A DNA stretch of 63,980 bases, filler included, from Porpidia crustulata (GCA_964255105.1; 3 parts of 3 records of this genome joined end to end with filler, not necessarily neighbours in it); one strand, 5' to 3'; numbered from the whole stretch's first letter, positions 37,301 to 50,767 are shown. Notes: generated by a model not told the origin, from the letters alone. A program made the numbers and translations.

Positions 37301-39746
37301 GGTCTTGACTCAGAGGAGTCTGACCTTAATACCAACCCTTCTATCATACAAGGACCAATAGGCGGCATACATCACGGAAGTCGCGACCATTGGCCATCCC
37401 AACCGACGCCACCGCAAACAAGGGGCGAGCCGTTCTCTTCGAATGATCATAGTGCTCATGCAAGCCTCAAAGCTGCTGCAGCGAACATGTTGAGCGCGGC
37501 TGCGCTACATAAGCAAGACCAAGGATATCTTGATGAGCAGAATAACGCCAGGGACATCTCTTATAATGAAGTTAAGCAGCCCACCGTAGAAGATGAGTAC
37601 GCCCAGGGCGTTGATCATGACTTCGGACCCGGCTGGGACTCTTACATGACTGGTGCCTCTATTCCCACTCCTCCTATGGCCAAAGACAAAGATGAGGGCT
37701 ACATATCCGCTGCTCCACAACACACTCCTGGTCCCGGTAGCCCGGCAGACAAGCATTGGAATGGAGCCTTTGATGCAGAACAGGTCAACGGTGCTGACGA
37801 TTTTATGGACGATGATGATCCGTTCGTCAGCAACAAGACAAGACATGCGAGACATCTGAGTGCCAATTCGCACGGAATGCCATCCCCTCTTTATGATAGT
37901 GCGATGGGTCGAGGCATCGATAGAATTCAGTCCAAAGATGTTGTGGCGCTTATGGATCATGTATGAACTCCCCCCCTCTACATGCTGCAGGAAATACTGA
38001 CGAAGATCCAGCTTACCGTCCGTGATGCCCAACGAAATGCTCGCGATACCGAGATCCTGGTGACCTTGGTTAGAAGCGCTGCGGAAATGCGTAATTCGTT
38101 TGAAGATATGAAAAAGTTCATTGCTGATCAAGACGACATGATCATGGATACCGGAAATAAGCAGCATGACCGTACTATACAGAAAATTATTGGGGGGCCG
38201 AGACCTCAGCCTCTGGGGACTCCCCGCACGCCTCGCCAGTTCTTGGCCGACGACAATGATGATATGAGGACCAAGAGACGAAATGTTTTCAGGCGTGCTC
38301 TAAAGGGACTTAGTGGGCGCAGTACGAACGATATTGGAAAGATCGAAGATATGCTAGTTCAGCTACTCGGAGAAGTGGAAGGCCTAAAGGCTGGACAGGA
38401 CATACGGCCCAGCGCTCATGGGACCCGGGCAGAGAGTCTGAGCTCTTATGATAACGGGCGACCCGTTGGTCAAGATGGCTATGAGCCTGAAGGACAAGCT
38501 GGCACTTCGTCAACCGGCCAATCTGGATACTTTTCGAACCCTCCGTCAAGGCAACAGAACCGGATGAGGAGTCAGGATATTCGTCAAGGATCTGGAAATC
38601 GCATCAGCACCGTTCTCGAAGGAGACGAAGAGCTTGAAATTCATGAACAGAATGTGCTGGATCATCAATATGAAAACGACGACAAGCTCCTCACTCCGAC
38701 CAGGGAGTATGCCCGAGGTGCTTCTGTGCCGTTGGATACTCCACTACAGGTACAAGTACCCACAGGCGCCCAGAGCAATGAGAATACCCCAAGAACTGGC
38801 ACGGATAAAAGTCGCAAGCACAAGTCCAGTAGTTCCTCTTTCTTCCCCAAGATCTCTCGATGGTCAAAAACCACCGCTTCATCCATGGGTGATAATATCA
38901 GGGGCAGTGGACGCAAAGAACGACCATATTCGGAAGTCTCGCGCTCTGGTTCCGATCTGCACTACGACGATGACCATTACGATCCGCAAGGCGATGACAG
39001 GATCCGGTCCAATGATTCTTTCCTCGACGACCCTCTTCGGAGTAATCGTCCTCCGTCTCCGTTGGTTCCGTCTCAAGTATCCGAGGATCCAAAGTACCAA
39101 GCACACCGCAATTCCCTCAATCTTCAGCATCCGCAGCCACGGCCTGGGCCAACGCACCGGTATCAAACCCACCTTGAATCGCAAGCACAAAACTTCGGTT
39201 CTCCCATCTCCCCCACTTCCGATCAGTGGGGTTCGAATCCCACCCTCGCTCGTTTCCAGCCAGGTCCCAGTAATCGCTTGAGCAACGGGGGGAACCTGTC
39301 GCCCATCTCGGATGGCGGCTACTCGGAGATCTCGTCTGCTGAGAAAAGCAATGCCCCGCCCCGACCCCCCAAGGTCCGAGACGACGGCCCTTTAATCCCT
39401 GCCCGACCGGCAAAGTCAGCTAAAGATTCCCGACCGACATTTGCGTCCCCTCTGAGCTCGGAGCATCTGGCCCCTGAACAGCATTATGGCAATGCATCTC
39501 CTGGAGCCGACTTGGTGAGGCCACCTTCCCTGCTTCTACTACTAGGGGTCCTGCGAGCTAACACATCTACAGTCTAACGGCTCTCCACGCTCGGCCTCAG
39601 GGTCCACGCCCCAGCGGAAACCGACGGGGCCGCGACCTATTACGACGTCAGGCAGCTATAGCGCCGACAAGGTCAGTAATATCCAGCGCAAACGGTATCG
39701 CGGATCTCCCAATCACATTTCATCGGCCGAAGACGTCACTTTCTAA
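34364..39746 (+). CDS. Large, mostly disordered conserved fungal protein with a coiled-coil segment; 3 exons
   Basis: Exon 1 from MGVEARRPP to ...VALMDH|GTATGA, exon 2 LTVRDAQRNARDTEILVTLVRSAAEMRNSF..., exon 3 SNGSPR...EDVTF* (TAA ends 39746); Ser/Arg/Pro-rich. Confidence 0.82.
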
Positions 39747-41270
39747 TCGTCGAGGGACGTTGTTGGATGTACTTGTACATTGCATGTCCGGACGTTCATG
39801 CGTGACGTTGGTCAGATGTCCATCTCTCTCGGAGGCGTTACATGGCTGCTGGGGGATTATGACGGAAGGCTTCACAGGGGAGAAGATTGACGGAATGAGA
39901 CCACGCGACGCTGGGGTTGGGGATGCAGATTGGCGATGGGATCACGATGATGATATTATGAGGATATAGTGCCCACATGCCGTAATACAAAAGCATAGTC
40001 CCTCCTTACCGTGATGACAAGTCGTACTTGCAAGCGTTGTGAGATTCCGTTGTGGGTACGCAAACCGCACGAATGCCTGAGCTTTTTCCATTTCCCGGGC
40101 AGCCGAATGCGCGTACCTGCATGATCCCTCCGAACCCTGCACGTGCTGTTCTGTCTTGCGCACGGCGTGACGATGTAAGTAGGAAACTTGATACACGCAG
40201 CCTCCCGTGCAGTTTCCGATGTTTGATCAATGCCAGCAACGCATGACTGCACACGCATACGATGAAAATTATGAAATTATGCCCAGACTATTTATAGCGC
40301 GTAGCTGTTGCACAACTCGCACAGCCTCATTGTGCACTGAGTCGTGGAGGGAGGCCTACTGCCCCGGCACGGCTGCGGAAGGATGATGATGGCTCGATAT
40401 GGTTGGGTGTGTTGGGTACCGCGTTAGATGAGGGTGGGCCTGAAGGGCTGAGGCGAGGAGAGGTGGCGCCATCCTTGGGGGCGACCATGGGCAGTTATAC
40501 AACGGGTATTTGGGAAGGGAGACTGGGAGGGAGAGTGAGCCTGTGTTTGCAGATTGCGAGAAGGAAGATGAGACGATAGGTGTCGGGCGGTGTAGCGGTG
40601 CATCGACATTAATGCCAAATAGATTAAGAATATCTGGATATGGCTATGGGGACTGTTGTATGACCGTCTGAATGTGACCGTTAAGGTTGATTGATTGGTA
40701 CTTGATGACTTTGCATATATTATCATTATTATTACGCGTAAGCTGGAGAATTAATTACGAGATGCCCTCTTTCGGCTAGCGCAAGGCTAACGACCTCCTT
40801 GTCCAAGTGAGTCGCTGACATTCCTGCCCTGACTCCCCACCCTCACCTTAACATCATCAAACCAAATACAACATCGTCTGTCACTCACAGCAACTTGAAC
40901 ATCCAAACATACTACGATCTTTTTCCGGTGCTCAGGCGATAACGGCATGCGAAAGACCAGCACGGCTTCGACAGATCGTCATTCATCGTCGTCCACCACG
41001 CCTCTCGCTTGATTCCTTGTTTTGCATTCACTAGTCGTCGCGGCGACCGTCGTTTACCGCTCTTGACCTTCAGTCTGCTGTATATTCAAGAGCCACTCAA
41101 TAGACCACGAGTACTTGCTCACACCAGGAAAGAGGATATTGTGTTATAGAAGAGGTGGTACAATAATAGGAATAAGCTTGCAAACTTGCCACTTTAGCGA
41201 ATCCACGGCAGACCGCCGTACTCTATTAATCGCTGTACACTCAACTACAATCTAATATAGACATCTTGCA

Positions 41271-43653
41271 ATGCATATCTCATTATCGTCGAGGTCGTTT
41301 GGTCTCTTTCTGGCCATCATCGCAAGCCTTGCGTCGCTCACTTCAGCAGCTCGAACCCTGGAATCCAGTTCACTGAATTCATGCCAGGATAATTCGAGTT
41401 TCACGGCCACTCTGTTTGATGTCATCTTTACGCCAGACAACAACTCCCTGGCTTTCCAGGTGACGGGAGTGTCCTCGATTTCAGGCTACGTCTTGGCAGA
41501 GATCAACTTTTTCGTGTATGGCTTCCTGGCCGTCAAGCAGGAGTTTGATCCGTGCACGAATAACCTGCAGGGTATGTGTCCGATGAACACTGGCCCTATC
41601 ACGCTGCCACTGTCGAATCAACCCGTCTCACCCGATGCGGTGAAGCAGATACCTGCAATCGCATATACTTGGCCTGACCTGGATGCTGTGGTGAAGATCT
41701 ATGTCAAGGACAAGGCGACTGGAAAAAGTGTAGCTTGTGTCCAAGCTTCGTTATCAAACCAAAAGACCGTTTATCAGAAGGGAGTGGGATGGGCGACTGC
41801 CGTAGTTGCCGGCCTGGCATTGGTGGCCTCCGCGGTCACTTCTGGACTGGGGCACTCAAACACAGCCGCTCATGTCGCTGCGAACGCCCTTTCCTTGTTT
41901 GGCTTCTTCCAGGCCCAGGCCGTCATCGGTATGACTGCGGTGCCCTTTCCTCCAATGGTCAGAGCGTGGACTCAAAACTTTCAGTGGAGTATGGGAATTA
42001 TTCGAGTCGGGTTTTTACAAGATATCTGCACGTGGTATCAACGAGCTACCGGGGGAAAGCCATCAACCTTGCTTTCCACCTTGAACACAGCCTCGGTGCA
42101 GATTTACAAAAGATCCGAGACGTTCATATACAACACGTTCCTCAAAGCCCATGATGAGTTGGTTAAGAGACAATCGACCGCACCGACTGGAGGCACTTCG
42201 ACTACCGCGGCGGTAATTGTCAAAGGCATTAAGCGCGTGGGCTTCAAAGCAGATATCGAATCTACCAACATTTTCCTAACGGGCCTCATATTTTTCATGG
42301 TTTTCATAGCATTGACCGCCCTCGGGGTGGCATTGTTCAAGGGCTTTTGCGAGCTCGCAGTAAAAGCAAAATGGATGAAAGGGAACAAGTTTGAAGATTT
42401 TAGGAATGGTTGGAGACTCGTATTAAAGGGCATATTGTTCCGTCTAGTAAGTTCAACCCAATGTTTCTATTAGGATTGCACTAACGATAACACAGGTCTT
42501 GATTGGCTATCCTCAAATGTGTATCCTTTGTCTTTGGGAGCTCACGCAACGGGATTCTGTTGCTGAAGTGGTCCTCGCACTTTTCTTCTTCATCACGATG
42601 ACCGCAGCGTTACTATGGGCTGCATTGAAGGTGTGGCGCATCGCCAGACGCTCCGTCAGCATGCACAAGAATCCGGCGTACATCCTCTACTCCGATCCGT
42701 CAGCTTTGAACAAGTGGGGTTTCCTCTATGTTCAGTTCCGCGCAACGGCATATTACTTCATCTTACCTCTACTATTCTACATCCTCATCAAGGGAGTCTT
42801 TCTTGCATTCGCCCAGCCCAACGGCACAATCCAGGCTATTGCGCTCGTCATCATTGAAGCGGGTTTCCTGATCGCCGTGAGTATTCTTCGACCGTGGATG
42901 GATAAGAAAACGAATGCTTTCAACATCAGTATTGCCGCCATGAACTTTCTCAATGTCATTTTCTTGCTTGTGTTCACGGGAGTGTTCAATCAACCTGTGA
43001 GTTCTGGCCGGATTTATTTACGGGCCAGGGCTTCTCTAATCTGGTGATAGGGCCCGGTAACCGGTGTAATGGGAGTCATCTTCTTTTTCATGAACGCCAT
43101 CTTTGCCGCTGTTCTTGTCATCATGGTACTTTTCGCCACCATTTACGCCATCATCTCCAAGAACCCAGACACCCGTTATCAACCAATGCGGGACGACCGA
43201 GGTTCTTTCATCAAGTCCAATACACAACTTAATACCGAACTCGATGCCCTAGGTGCTACAGCCCGTGGCGACATGACACAGACCGCATACAAGACCCGTG
43301 ACCTCGATGATGACGAAGACTCATATTCCTCCAACTCAGGCCGCAACCACCACGATCCAGCCGGGGTGCCCCTACCCCCCTCAACCGCCAATTCAAACCG
43401 CTCCGCCGTTCGTCACGGTGAACCCCCACGTTCACCCGTCGACGCTTCAATGCCCTTCCTCCCAGGTGAAGGGACACCGAGGCACGGCTCACCCAACCAC
43501 TACTCCGACAACCCTCGACCTGCCTACGGCGGCTACACCGACAACTCCTGGGCCAACAACACCAACAACGGCCCCGTCCCACCTCGGCAGACAGGCTACC
43601 GGCAGCAGAACACCGGAAGTCCGTGGCAGAGGGGTGCTGGATACGACCATTGA
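41271..43653 (+). CDS. FLC/Pkd2-family TRP-like membrane protein (flavin carrier / calcium channel-like); 3 exons
   Basis: Signal peptide, Cys-containing luminal domain (FDPC...MCPM), WTQNFQWSMG, KWGFLYVQFRA, LRPWMDKKTN, KNPDTRYQPMRDDRGSF, multiple TM helices. Confidence 0.9.
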
Positions 43654-44044
43654 GTTTTTGGGGGTAGGGAAACCACGATGGATTGGGGCATTGGGGCATG
43701 GCAGAATCAGATATACCAGATGTTCCGATAAAGTAATATGACGACTTTTGCAGGAATGGGCTCGGGGATTGTTTTACGCGCATCAAAAATGGCCACCGGG
43801 ATTTTCGGAATCCGTGCCGTGTAGGCCACGACAGGCAAAGTGTTGATTTGTTGATTCTCAACCAGGCGTTTTTCCGACGGGCGGAAAATTTTTATTTTCG
43901 TCGGAAGGGGGTTTTTTTTCCGGTGTATCAAAGAGTGTAGATAGCATTGACGGTGTGGTGTGTAGAGTATGAATTTTCGTTTCGAAGGTTTGCAGAGAAT
44001 GCAGATGGTTATGCGTAGGTTTGGATATATCGCTATCGAAACCC

Positions 44045-44144
44045 NNNNNNNNNNNNNNNNNNNNNNNNNNNNNNNNNNNNNNNNNNNNTTAATTAATTAA
44101 NNNNNNNNNNNNNNNNNNNNNNNNNNNNNNNNNNNNNNNNNNNN
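44045..44144. other. Artificial contig-joining linker (N44-TTAATTAATTAA-N44)
   Basis: 12-mer at 44089-44100 flanked by 44 Ns each side. Confidence 0.97.
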
Positions 44145-44399
44145 GTGGGAGGGACTACTGTCGTCTTGCTGTTGACGTTTTCACTACGTGGTAAATCCGA
44201 CTTTTCGAAAGACGTCTAATTCTCCGACCATATCCATTGCCACTCATGTTTTCACTACATGGTTGACTCGGCTTTTGGAAACGTTGGAGTAAAGGGATAT
44301 CTAATTACTTTTGAACTACTAGTACTACTTACTACTCCCTCCACACTTCCACACACACACACAATCATTCTCATGTCCCATCCCATCCCTCCTGCTATC

Positions 44400-44425
44400 C
44401 ATCTACATCTACATCTACATCTACA
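44400..44425. repeat. (CATCTA)n microsatellite
   Basis: catctacatctacatctacatctaca immediately 3' of the esterase stop codon. Confidence 0.8.
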
Positions 44426-44427
44426 AC

Positions 44428-46269
44428 TTACTCCGGCACAATCCCCGCCACGCTCCTCCAGAACTCACACCTCATGCCTCTACCCCCTTCCCACGAATAC
44501 GCATCCACGAGCTGGAAATCATTCCGTAACCCCGGACTCTCATACTCGGTGATATTCGGCGCGCTCGTGCTGAAGCTCGGCGCCGAGTACGGCACCCCAC
44601 CGGTCTCGTTCAGGTTGATCTGGTACGGCTTCGCGACGGTGTAGGCCGGCCAGTCGGTGATGGGGTTGGCGGCCATGCTGGCCATGCTGGCGTTCGCGGC
44701 GCTGCCGGCGGCGACGGAAGCCGAGATGGACGGGTTGTTCTTGGTGACGAAATTGCCCCAGACGGTCATGAAGGCGCGCTCGAAGTCAAGGCCTTGGGCG
44801 CGGGTCGCGGGGCCGAAGTAGCCGGACACGTCGATGCCGTGCTGGGCGCCGCCGACGGAATACTGGTATTTCCAGGCTTCGCGGCCGTTGTTAGTGAAGG
44901 CCTCGGCGACCCAGTAGCTGGGGCAGACGAAGGTGGTTTCGGCGTAGACGTTGTCGGCGCGCTGCTGCTGGCCGGTGCCGAAAGTGCTTTCGTTGAGGGC
45001 GGTGGGGTCGGTGGTCCCTGACGTTGCGAACTTTGAGGCACCCGGCATGACGGAGGCATTGGTCGAGGGATAGTACCGCAGGACACGAGATATGTCGTCT
45101 TCGGTGAAGAGGGGAAATGTGTCGCGGAGGAAAGTGATAAAGTCCGCTTCTGTCACGATGTTTTGAAGCGTGAAAGCGGGGCCCTCATTAGCATTGTTAC
45201 CGGAGAGCATGCGCAAGCCGTTGACCTGTTTCTTCAGGAGTTGCTGGCTGGGTGCCTGTTGGATGTAAGAGCCGTCGGTGACTGGAAGGAAGCCCCAGGT
45301 ACCGTATTTGCCAGAGGCTGCGATAAACGCGCTCGCATTTTGCAATGTCATGGTATCTTTGGCGCTGAGGCATTGGAAAATGGAGTTACTGGCGTTGTTC
45401 TGAGCGAGATCGTCAAAGCACCCGACTTGCTGAGCGAAGGCATAGTATGACTGCGAGGGAACGAAGTCTGCGTAGCCATATTGCATTGGGAGGTAGGGAG
45501 AGGCGGCGATGACATTGCTGAAAAGAGATTCTCCTAGGTAGCCTCCGAAGGCCATGGCTTGCAGCATGACTGAGCCTCCACCGGCACTTTCACCGCTTAT
45601 GGTGACCTGAGAAGCGTTGCCACCGAATAGATGAATGTAGCTCTGCACCCATTGCAAGGCAAATGTTTGGTCGAGGAGACCAGCGTTCACAACTCCAAAG
45701 CGATGAATCTCATCAGAAGACATGAAACCAAAAGCCCCGAGACGATACTGGATTGCAACGCCGATGAAGCTGTTGTTATTGGTATTGATGATTGGAGTCA
45801 GATCTTCATTCCCCTGCCCGGCCCCGTATCCACCGCCGTGAATCCAAACTAGAACCGGCAAGTTGGCCGCATTTGGAGGAGCATAGACACTAAGGAAAAG
45901 ACAGTCCTCGGTTCCAGTGAAATTGTACATGGGCGGGAGAGGAGCATCGGGAGACTGAGGGCATCTGGGTGGGTATGCATCGGCCGATATTACCTTGCCA
46001 CGATTGATAGCAGGGACATGCGGTGCCTGCCACCGCAATTTCCCCGTTGGAGGAGCGGCATAACGAATTCCCCTCCAAGTATTCAAGCCTGTACTTGAGT
46101 TGGCTACACCCTGATACTGCTCATAACCAAGATCAACCACCAAGCCGGAGGACGGTGCGCCCTGACGCTTGTTGAGAATAGAGCTGAAGGGTTTCGAATC
46201 AAACGGCGAAGCAAGAACATTGACTGCCAACACTGTGCCAACAACAATAGATCTGACGGCGAAGAACAT
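44428..46269 (-). CDS. Secreted carboxylesterase type B / lipase, intronless
   Basis: Signal peptide, GIRYAAPP, EDCLFL, WIHGGG oxyanion hole, GESAG nucleophile elbow, ANEG and HGID triad motifs. Confidence 0.93.
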   Translation of the reverse strand: MFFAVRSIVVGTVLAVNVLASPFDSKPFSSILNKRQGAPSSGLVVDLGYEQYQGVANSSTGLNTWRGIRYAAPPTGKLRWQAPHVPAINRGKVISADAYPPRCPQSPDAPLPPMYNFTGTEDCLFLSVYAPPNAANLPVLVWIHGGGYGAGQGNEDLTPIINTNNNSFIGVAIQYRLGAFGFMSSDEIHRFGVVNAGLLDQTFALQWVQSYIHLFGGNASQVTISGESAGGGSVMLQAMAFGGYLGESLFSNVIAASPYLPMQYGYADFVPSQSYYAFAQQVGCFDDLAQNNASNSIFQCLSAKDTMTLQNASAFIAASGKYGTWGFLPVTDGSYIQQAPSQQLLKKQVNGLRMLSGNNANEGPAFTLQNIVTEADFITFLRDTFPLFTEDDISRVLRYYPSTNASVMPGASKFATSGTTDPTALNESTFGTGQQQRADNVYAETTFVCPSYWVAEAFTNNGREAWKYQYSVGGAQHGIDVSGYFGPATRAQGLDFERAFMTVWGNFVTKNNPSISASVAAGSAANASMASMAANPITDWPAYTVAKPYQINLNETGGVPYSAPSFSTSAPNITEYESPGLRNDFQLVDAYSWEGGRGMRCEFWRSVAGIVPE

Positions 46270-47092
46270 CTTGAAAGGTTGGTAGCGAGAACTGCTTGAC
46301 CTGCATGGTTTTTGATGGGAAACTCCGCATTCTTAAATAGCTTGCATCCAAGGGACAGCCGATGAGACTACTCCCATTCCGACAGAAATCGAAGCAAGCA
46401 GACCTGGCGATGCTCCACAGGATTTGTTATTGACATGTGGAGAACCTGGACGCTTCGCTCGAGAGGAACAGCAAACGGGTGTAGATGCCGCAATCCTTCC
46501 GGCCATCCATGTTGAAAAGCTTCATGGACGTGAGAGGGGTAAAGCATATTGACTATGATGTCATGGGACTGGCGATATCGGAAACAAGGCAAGGTACGTG
46601 GGTACCTACGGTAGTCCATATCGAGCAAACGGAAATGACTAAAAATCAAAATTCGAAAACCAAGAAATCGAAATATGAAACAGAGCTTGTGGATATCTTA
46701 AAAGTTGATATTAATACAAAAATAGCATTGTCTTAATTTCTTCCGTGCATTATCCAGTGCTCCATCCGGTGCTCCATGCAAGACTTGATCCAATGCTCCA
46801 TCTATGGATATACCAGGTATGGAATTGATGGCATTAATATTGATGTTGTTATTGGCAGGTTAGCTGGGGGGTGGAAAGGAAAGATGTCCGCTAGCGTCCC
46901 CAGCCCCATGTGGCGGAGATTGCCGATTAACCACTTGGTTGTAAATCCCAAGACTATCTAGTATTTCGTTATGTTCAGAATTGCAGTGAGTATCATAATA
47001 ATAACATCGCCATCGCACGCAGTAATGCTAGTAGCAGCCCAATATGCACATACCAATCATCCTTATCCGTTCAACATCAGTGCCGCATTCAC

Positions 47093-50000
47093 TTATAAGT
47101 CAGTACCAGTGCCAGTTCCAGATCCAGCGCCAGCGTTATGGCCATGGAAACCACGTATTGGGGCATTGCTGTCTGTTCCGCCAGCTCCCGTTCCCTTGCT
47201 TAGATCGATTGAGAGACCAGTATGAGGCTCAATGACTCGACCGTCTGTACCTGCAGTGACGTTGTCACCTCGTTCGGCAACACTGAAATACATATCAGCA
47301 TGCTCAAAACATCAAATTGCATTTGATAATTGACAAGCTTACTTGGGATCCAGCTTGTTACCAACTCCACTAAGATGCGAACCCCTATCCACTGACTCAC
47401 CCTGGGCCAAAGCGGTTGTTCCAGTTCCGCCAGTGACTTGCGATGCATACCCACTTTTAGGTGCCTCGGCGTATTCTGTTTTGACCAACCCAGCGGGAGG
47501 GTCTTTGTGAAGCCTGTTGCGATCATTCTCACGTGCCTGCTTGTGCTTTTCTGCTTCCGTCAGACCGACAGCGGTAGCGCCTGCGGCGCCAACGCCTGCA
47601 GCGGTCTCAGCATCATGGTGGTGGTCGTGATGCTTGCTATCGCCCAGGCCCTCTCGCTCAAGGTTCTCCTCCTTACGGGTCTCCTTACGGGTCTCCTTAT
47701 CGGCTTTGTCCGCTTTATCGTGGTAGAAAATTTTCCCCAGAAGTCCGTGCTTCTTTTCGTCATGTTTTTCGTGCTTCTGGAGGTCTTTCTGGTGTTTCTC
47801 TTCCTCCTTGACATGTTTCTTATGCTCTTTTTCTTGCTCTTTCGCTTGCTCTTTCTGTAATTTCTCAGCTTCCTTCTTAGAGAACTCAGCCCCTCCTGCA
47901 GCACCGACTCCTCCTGCTACGGCAGCATCACGCCCGTGGTGATGATCCTCGTGGCTGGAAGCAGCCGTGGTAGTAGTGGGCTCATGCTTGCCATGGGGCT
48001 TCTCGGCTTCATAAGCAGCAGCTCCACCAGTACCAACGAGCCCGGCATCTCTACCATAGTAGTGCCCGGTAGACGTTGGCTGATCACGATCCTTGGAGAT
48101 GCCACCAATACCGTCTGCTGAAGAACTGGTGGTGATTGTTGGGTCGTGTTTGCCGTGATGATGCTTTTCAGCCTCGTACGCTGCCGCTCCACCTGCCCCA
48201 GCCAAGCCTACATCACGTCCGTAATGATGTCCAGTTCCGGTAACCGCACGGTTGTCCAGGCCAGAAGCAGGTGTAGTACTCGTGCCAGTTGATCCTGTCG
48301 AGCTAGGATAAGGGTTTTCGTATCCGGAAGGATTTGTGCCGGAAGGATGGTGATGACCACGCTTTTCAGCCTCGTACGCTGCCGCTCCTCCGGCACCAGC
48401 CAAGCCTGCGTCGCGGCCGAGATGGTGGTCACGGCCAGTGGTACCACTACCAGCACCTGCGTCAGTGCCTCTCATAGCTGAATCTGTGCTATAAGACGGC
48501 TCAGTTCCCCTGATGCCTGAGTTGCCAGACCCAGCAAGGCCTGAATCCTTATTATGACCATGCGTTTCTGCTTCGTAAGCAGCAGCGCCTCCGGCCCCAA
48601 CCAAACCAGCGTCACGGCCAAGGTGGTGGTCTCGACCGGTAGTTGCCGATGTTGCTGGGAGATCTGCAGTACCGGTCGTTGAAGTGCTCCCAACGCCCGA
48701 CCTTCCCGTGGTAGACGGCGTAATTTGTTGTTTTGTTTGATCAGAATGAACTCGAGGATCCAACTTGTTGAGCAAGCCTGATTTGTGGGGACCAGCCGTC
48801 TTTGGTGCAGATTCCGTGGATGTAGAGGCAGTACTGGATGATCCATGGCCTGCTTCGTGTGCTCCCACGCCTACAGCGCCAATCCCGCCAGCGACGGCAG
48901 CGTCCCGACCCAGGTGGCTGCTTCCGTTATCGGATGAACCGAGCCCTGCTCCAGTTGTAGAAGGGGTAAACTCCATTCCGCTGTTGGAGCTCAGTGGAAC
49001 AACTGAGCTGGCTACATGCGGGTCTAGAAGATTCGCAGTATCGGTTGCATGAGGCCCCTTAGTGAAGTGAGGTCCAGGAACTTTAGCTTCAGGCCCGCAA
49101 GGGTCGCCCTCAAATTGATGCCCGTGCTTTGAATGATCGTGTTCCCATGACTCCGGTCCATAGCCCACGCCCGTGGGAACACCTGTACCAGTTGTTCCAC
49201 GATCGCTAGCTAGTTCGCGCTCTACTAAGCCACCTGCGCCTATAGCTCCAGCGCCCACAGCGGCATCGTGACCAAGGTGACCTTGGTGGCTAGAGCCAAC
49301 GGTTGAGCTGGTTCCAGAAGCCAAGCCAGTAGTGCCCATGTTACGGGTTCCATCTAAATCGCTATCCACGCGAGGGTCGGCTTTGTTGGCAAGACTCGAG
49401 GTGTGAGGACCAGCAGTAGTGCTGTCTATGGCTGTCGAAGGGTGGCCTGTGCCCGTAGCCGATGTTGAATTTCCACCAAGCGGGAATGATCGACCAGAAT
49501 CAGAGCCAAGATTGTCACGTTTGTGGCCGTACTGGTGAACGGCACCCGCTCCACCCACGGCGCCAACACCAAGAGTAGCGTCGGGTCCCAAATGTGAGCC
49601 GCCCGTGGTCGAAGACGGTCCCCCAGTTCCAGAACTGCTATCTCATTTCAGCTGTGTGAACGACGAGGAAGAAAAGGTGCTTACCTTCCAGCACTACGAT
49701 CTGGCAGGCTGCTACCCGTCAAGCCACTGCTAGTAGTTCCAGATCCCGCTGCCACCGGTTGATGTGGCAAGGGCTTATTGGTATCAAGAGGACCATTTAT
49801 GCCTGAGGATCCTATTAGCGCCGATTTCGTGTGAGAAGCCCCCTCCACGCCTGACTTGATGCTGGTCGTTGATGTAGCATCGTAGCTCATTGGTATTCTG
49901 GTCGTAGAAGATGGATTGTGCATACCGGAAGAAGTTGTTCCAGTCGTGCTGGAGCCTACGGGGCCGGTAGATGCGCTGCTTCCTAGTCCTGAAGTCGTAC

Positions 50001-50260
50001 TTGAGGTGGGATTCGTGGATGAGGAGAGGGGTTCATTTGTGCCAGTGGTGCTGCTACCAAGGTGGCTGTCGTGATCCGTAGTTGTACCAGTTGTACCGGT
50101 GGCAGCTGGATCATTCGTTGTTCCAGATCCATACATGACAGCGTCATCTTTCTTGCTCCCAGGATTGCTTGACAGTTTCAGCAAGATACAACTTGAAGGG
50201 GCCAGTAGTTGCGGAAACAACTCGACTGTGAGCTTACATGAGATTTTTGATCTTGTCCAT
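47093..50260 (-). CDS. Dehydrin-like (DPR-motif) Gly/Thr/His-rich hydrophilic protein; about 4 exons
   Basis: Exon 1 MDKIKNL|GTAAGC; motifs GPHTSSLANKADPRVDSD, GPHKSGLLNKLDPRVHSD, NKLDP; repeated HH[LY]GRDxGLxGxGGAAAYEAE; Lys/Glu/His helix. Confidence 0.75.
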
Positions 50261-50767
50261 GATTGCGGTTCAATAGGTTAAGACTGTGTCGAGAGTATTC
50301 GGGAGCTACAGTTAACAGAGGTATACCGCGTACGGACCCAAGAGATAAATGAGAGAGCGCAGTCGGGACTGTATTAAAGAACTTTTTGAGCTAGAAGAGA
50401 TGTATCTTGCTCGTAATCAAGGAAGCCGGCGCCAATTGCTAAGTCACGCAGCGAAGCACTTTACCAGATAATGAAGTCATTGGCGTATCCCAAAAGGGCA
50501 TAGACCCAGCCACTTGGGCAGAATTTACCCATTAAGAAGCGGCTTTTGCTGCACGCGCCATCACCGCCCATAATCATGGTCTTTTTCACATCCCTATAGC
50601 TTGCTTGCTTGCTTGGAGTGGTGCTATCACTCAATACTCACCGCTCAACACTAGGCCTATCCTCCGCTACACAACACCTCTCTCAACCGTGGCTCACTCC
50701 TGCTACGTGGATCAGATTGCAATCTCTTTTGTGTCCAGCGACCCCAATAGCGACAGAAACAATTGAT

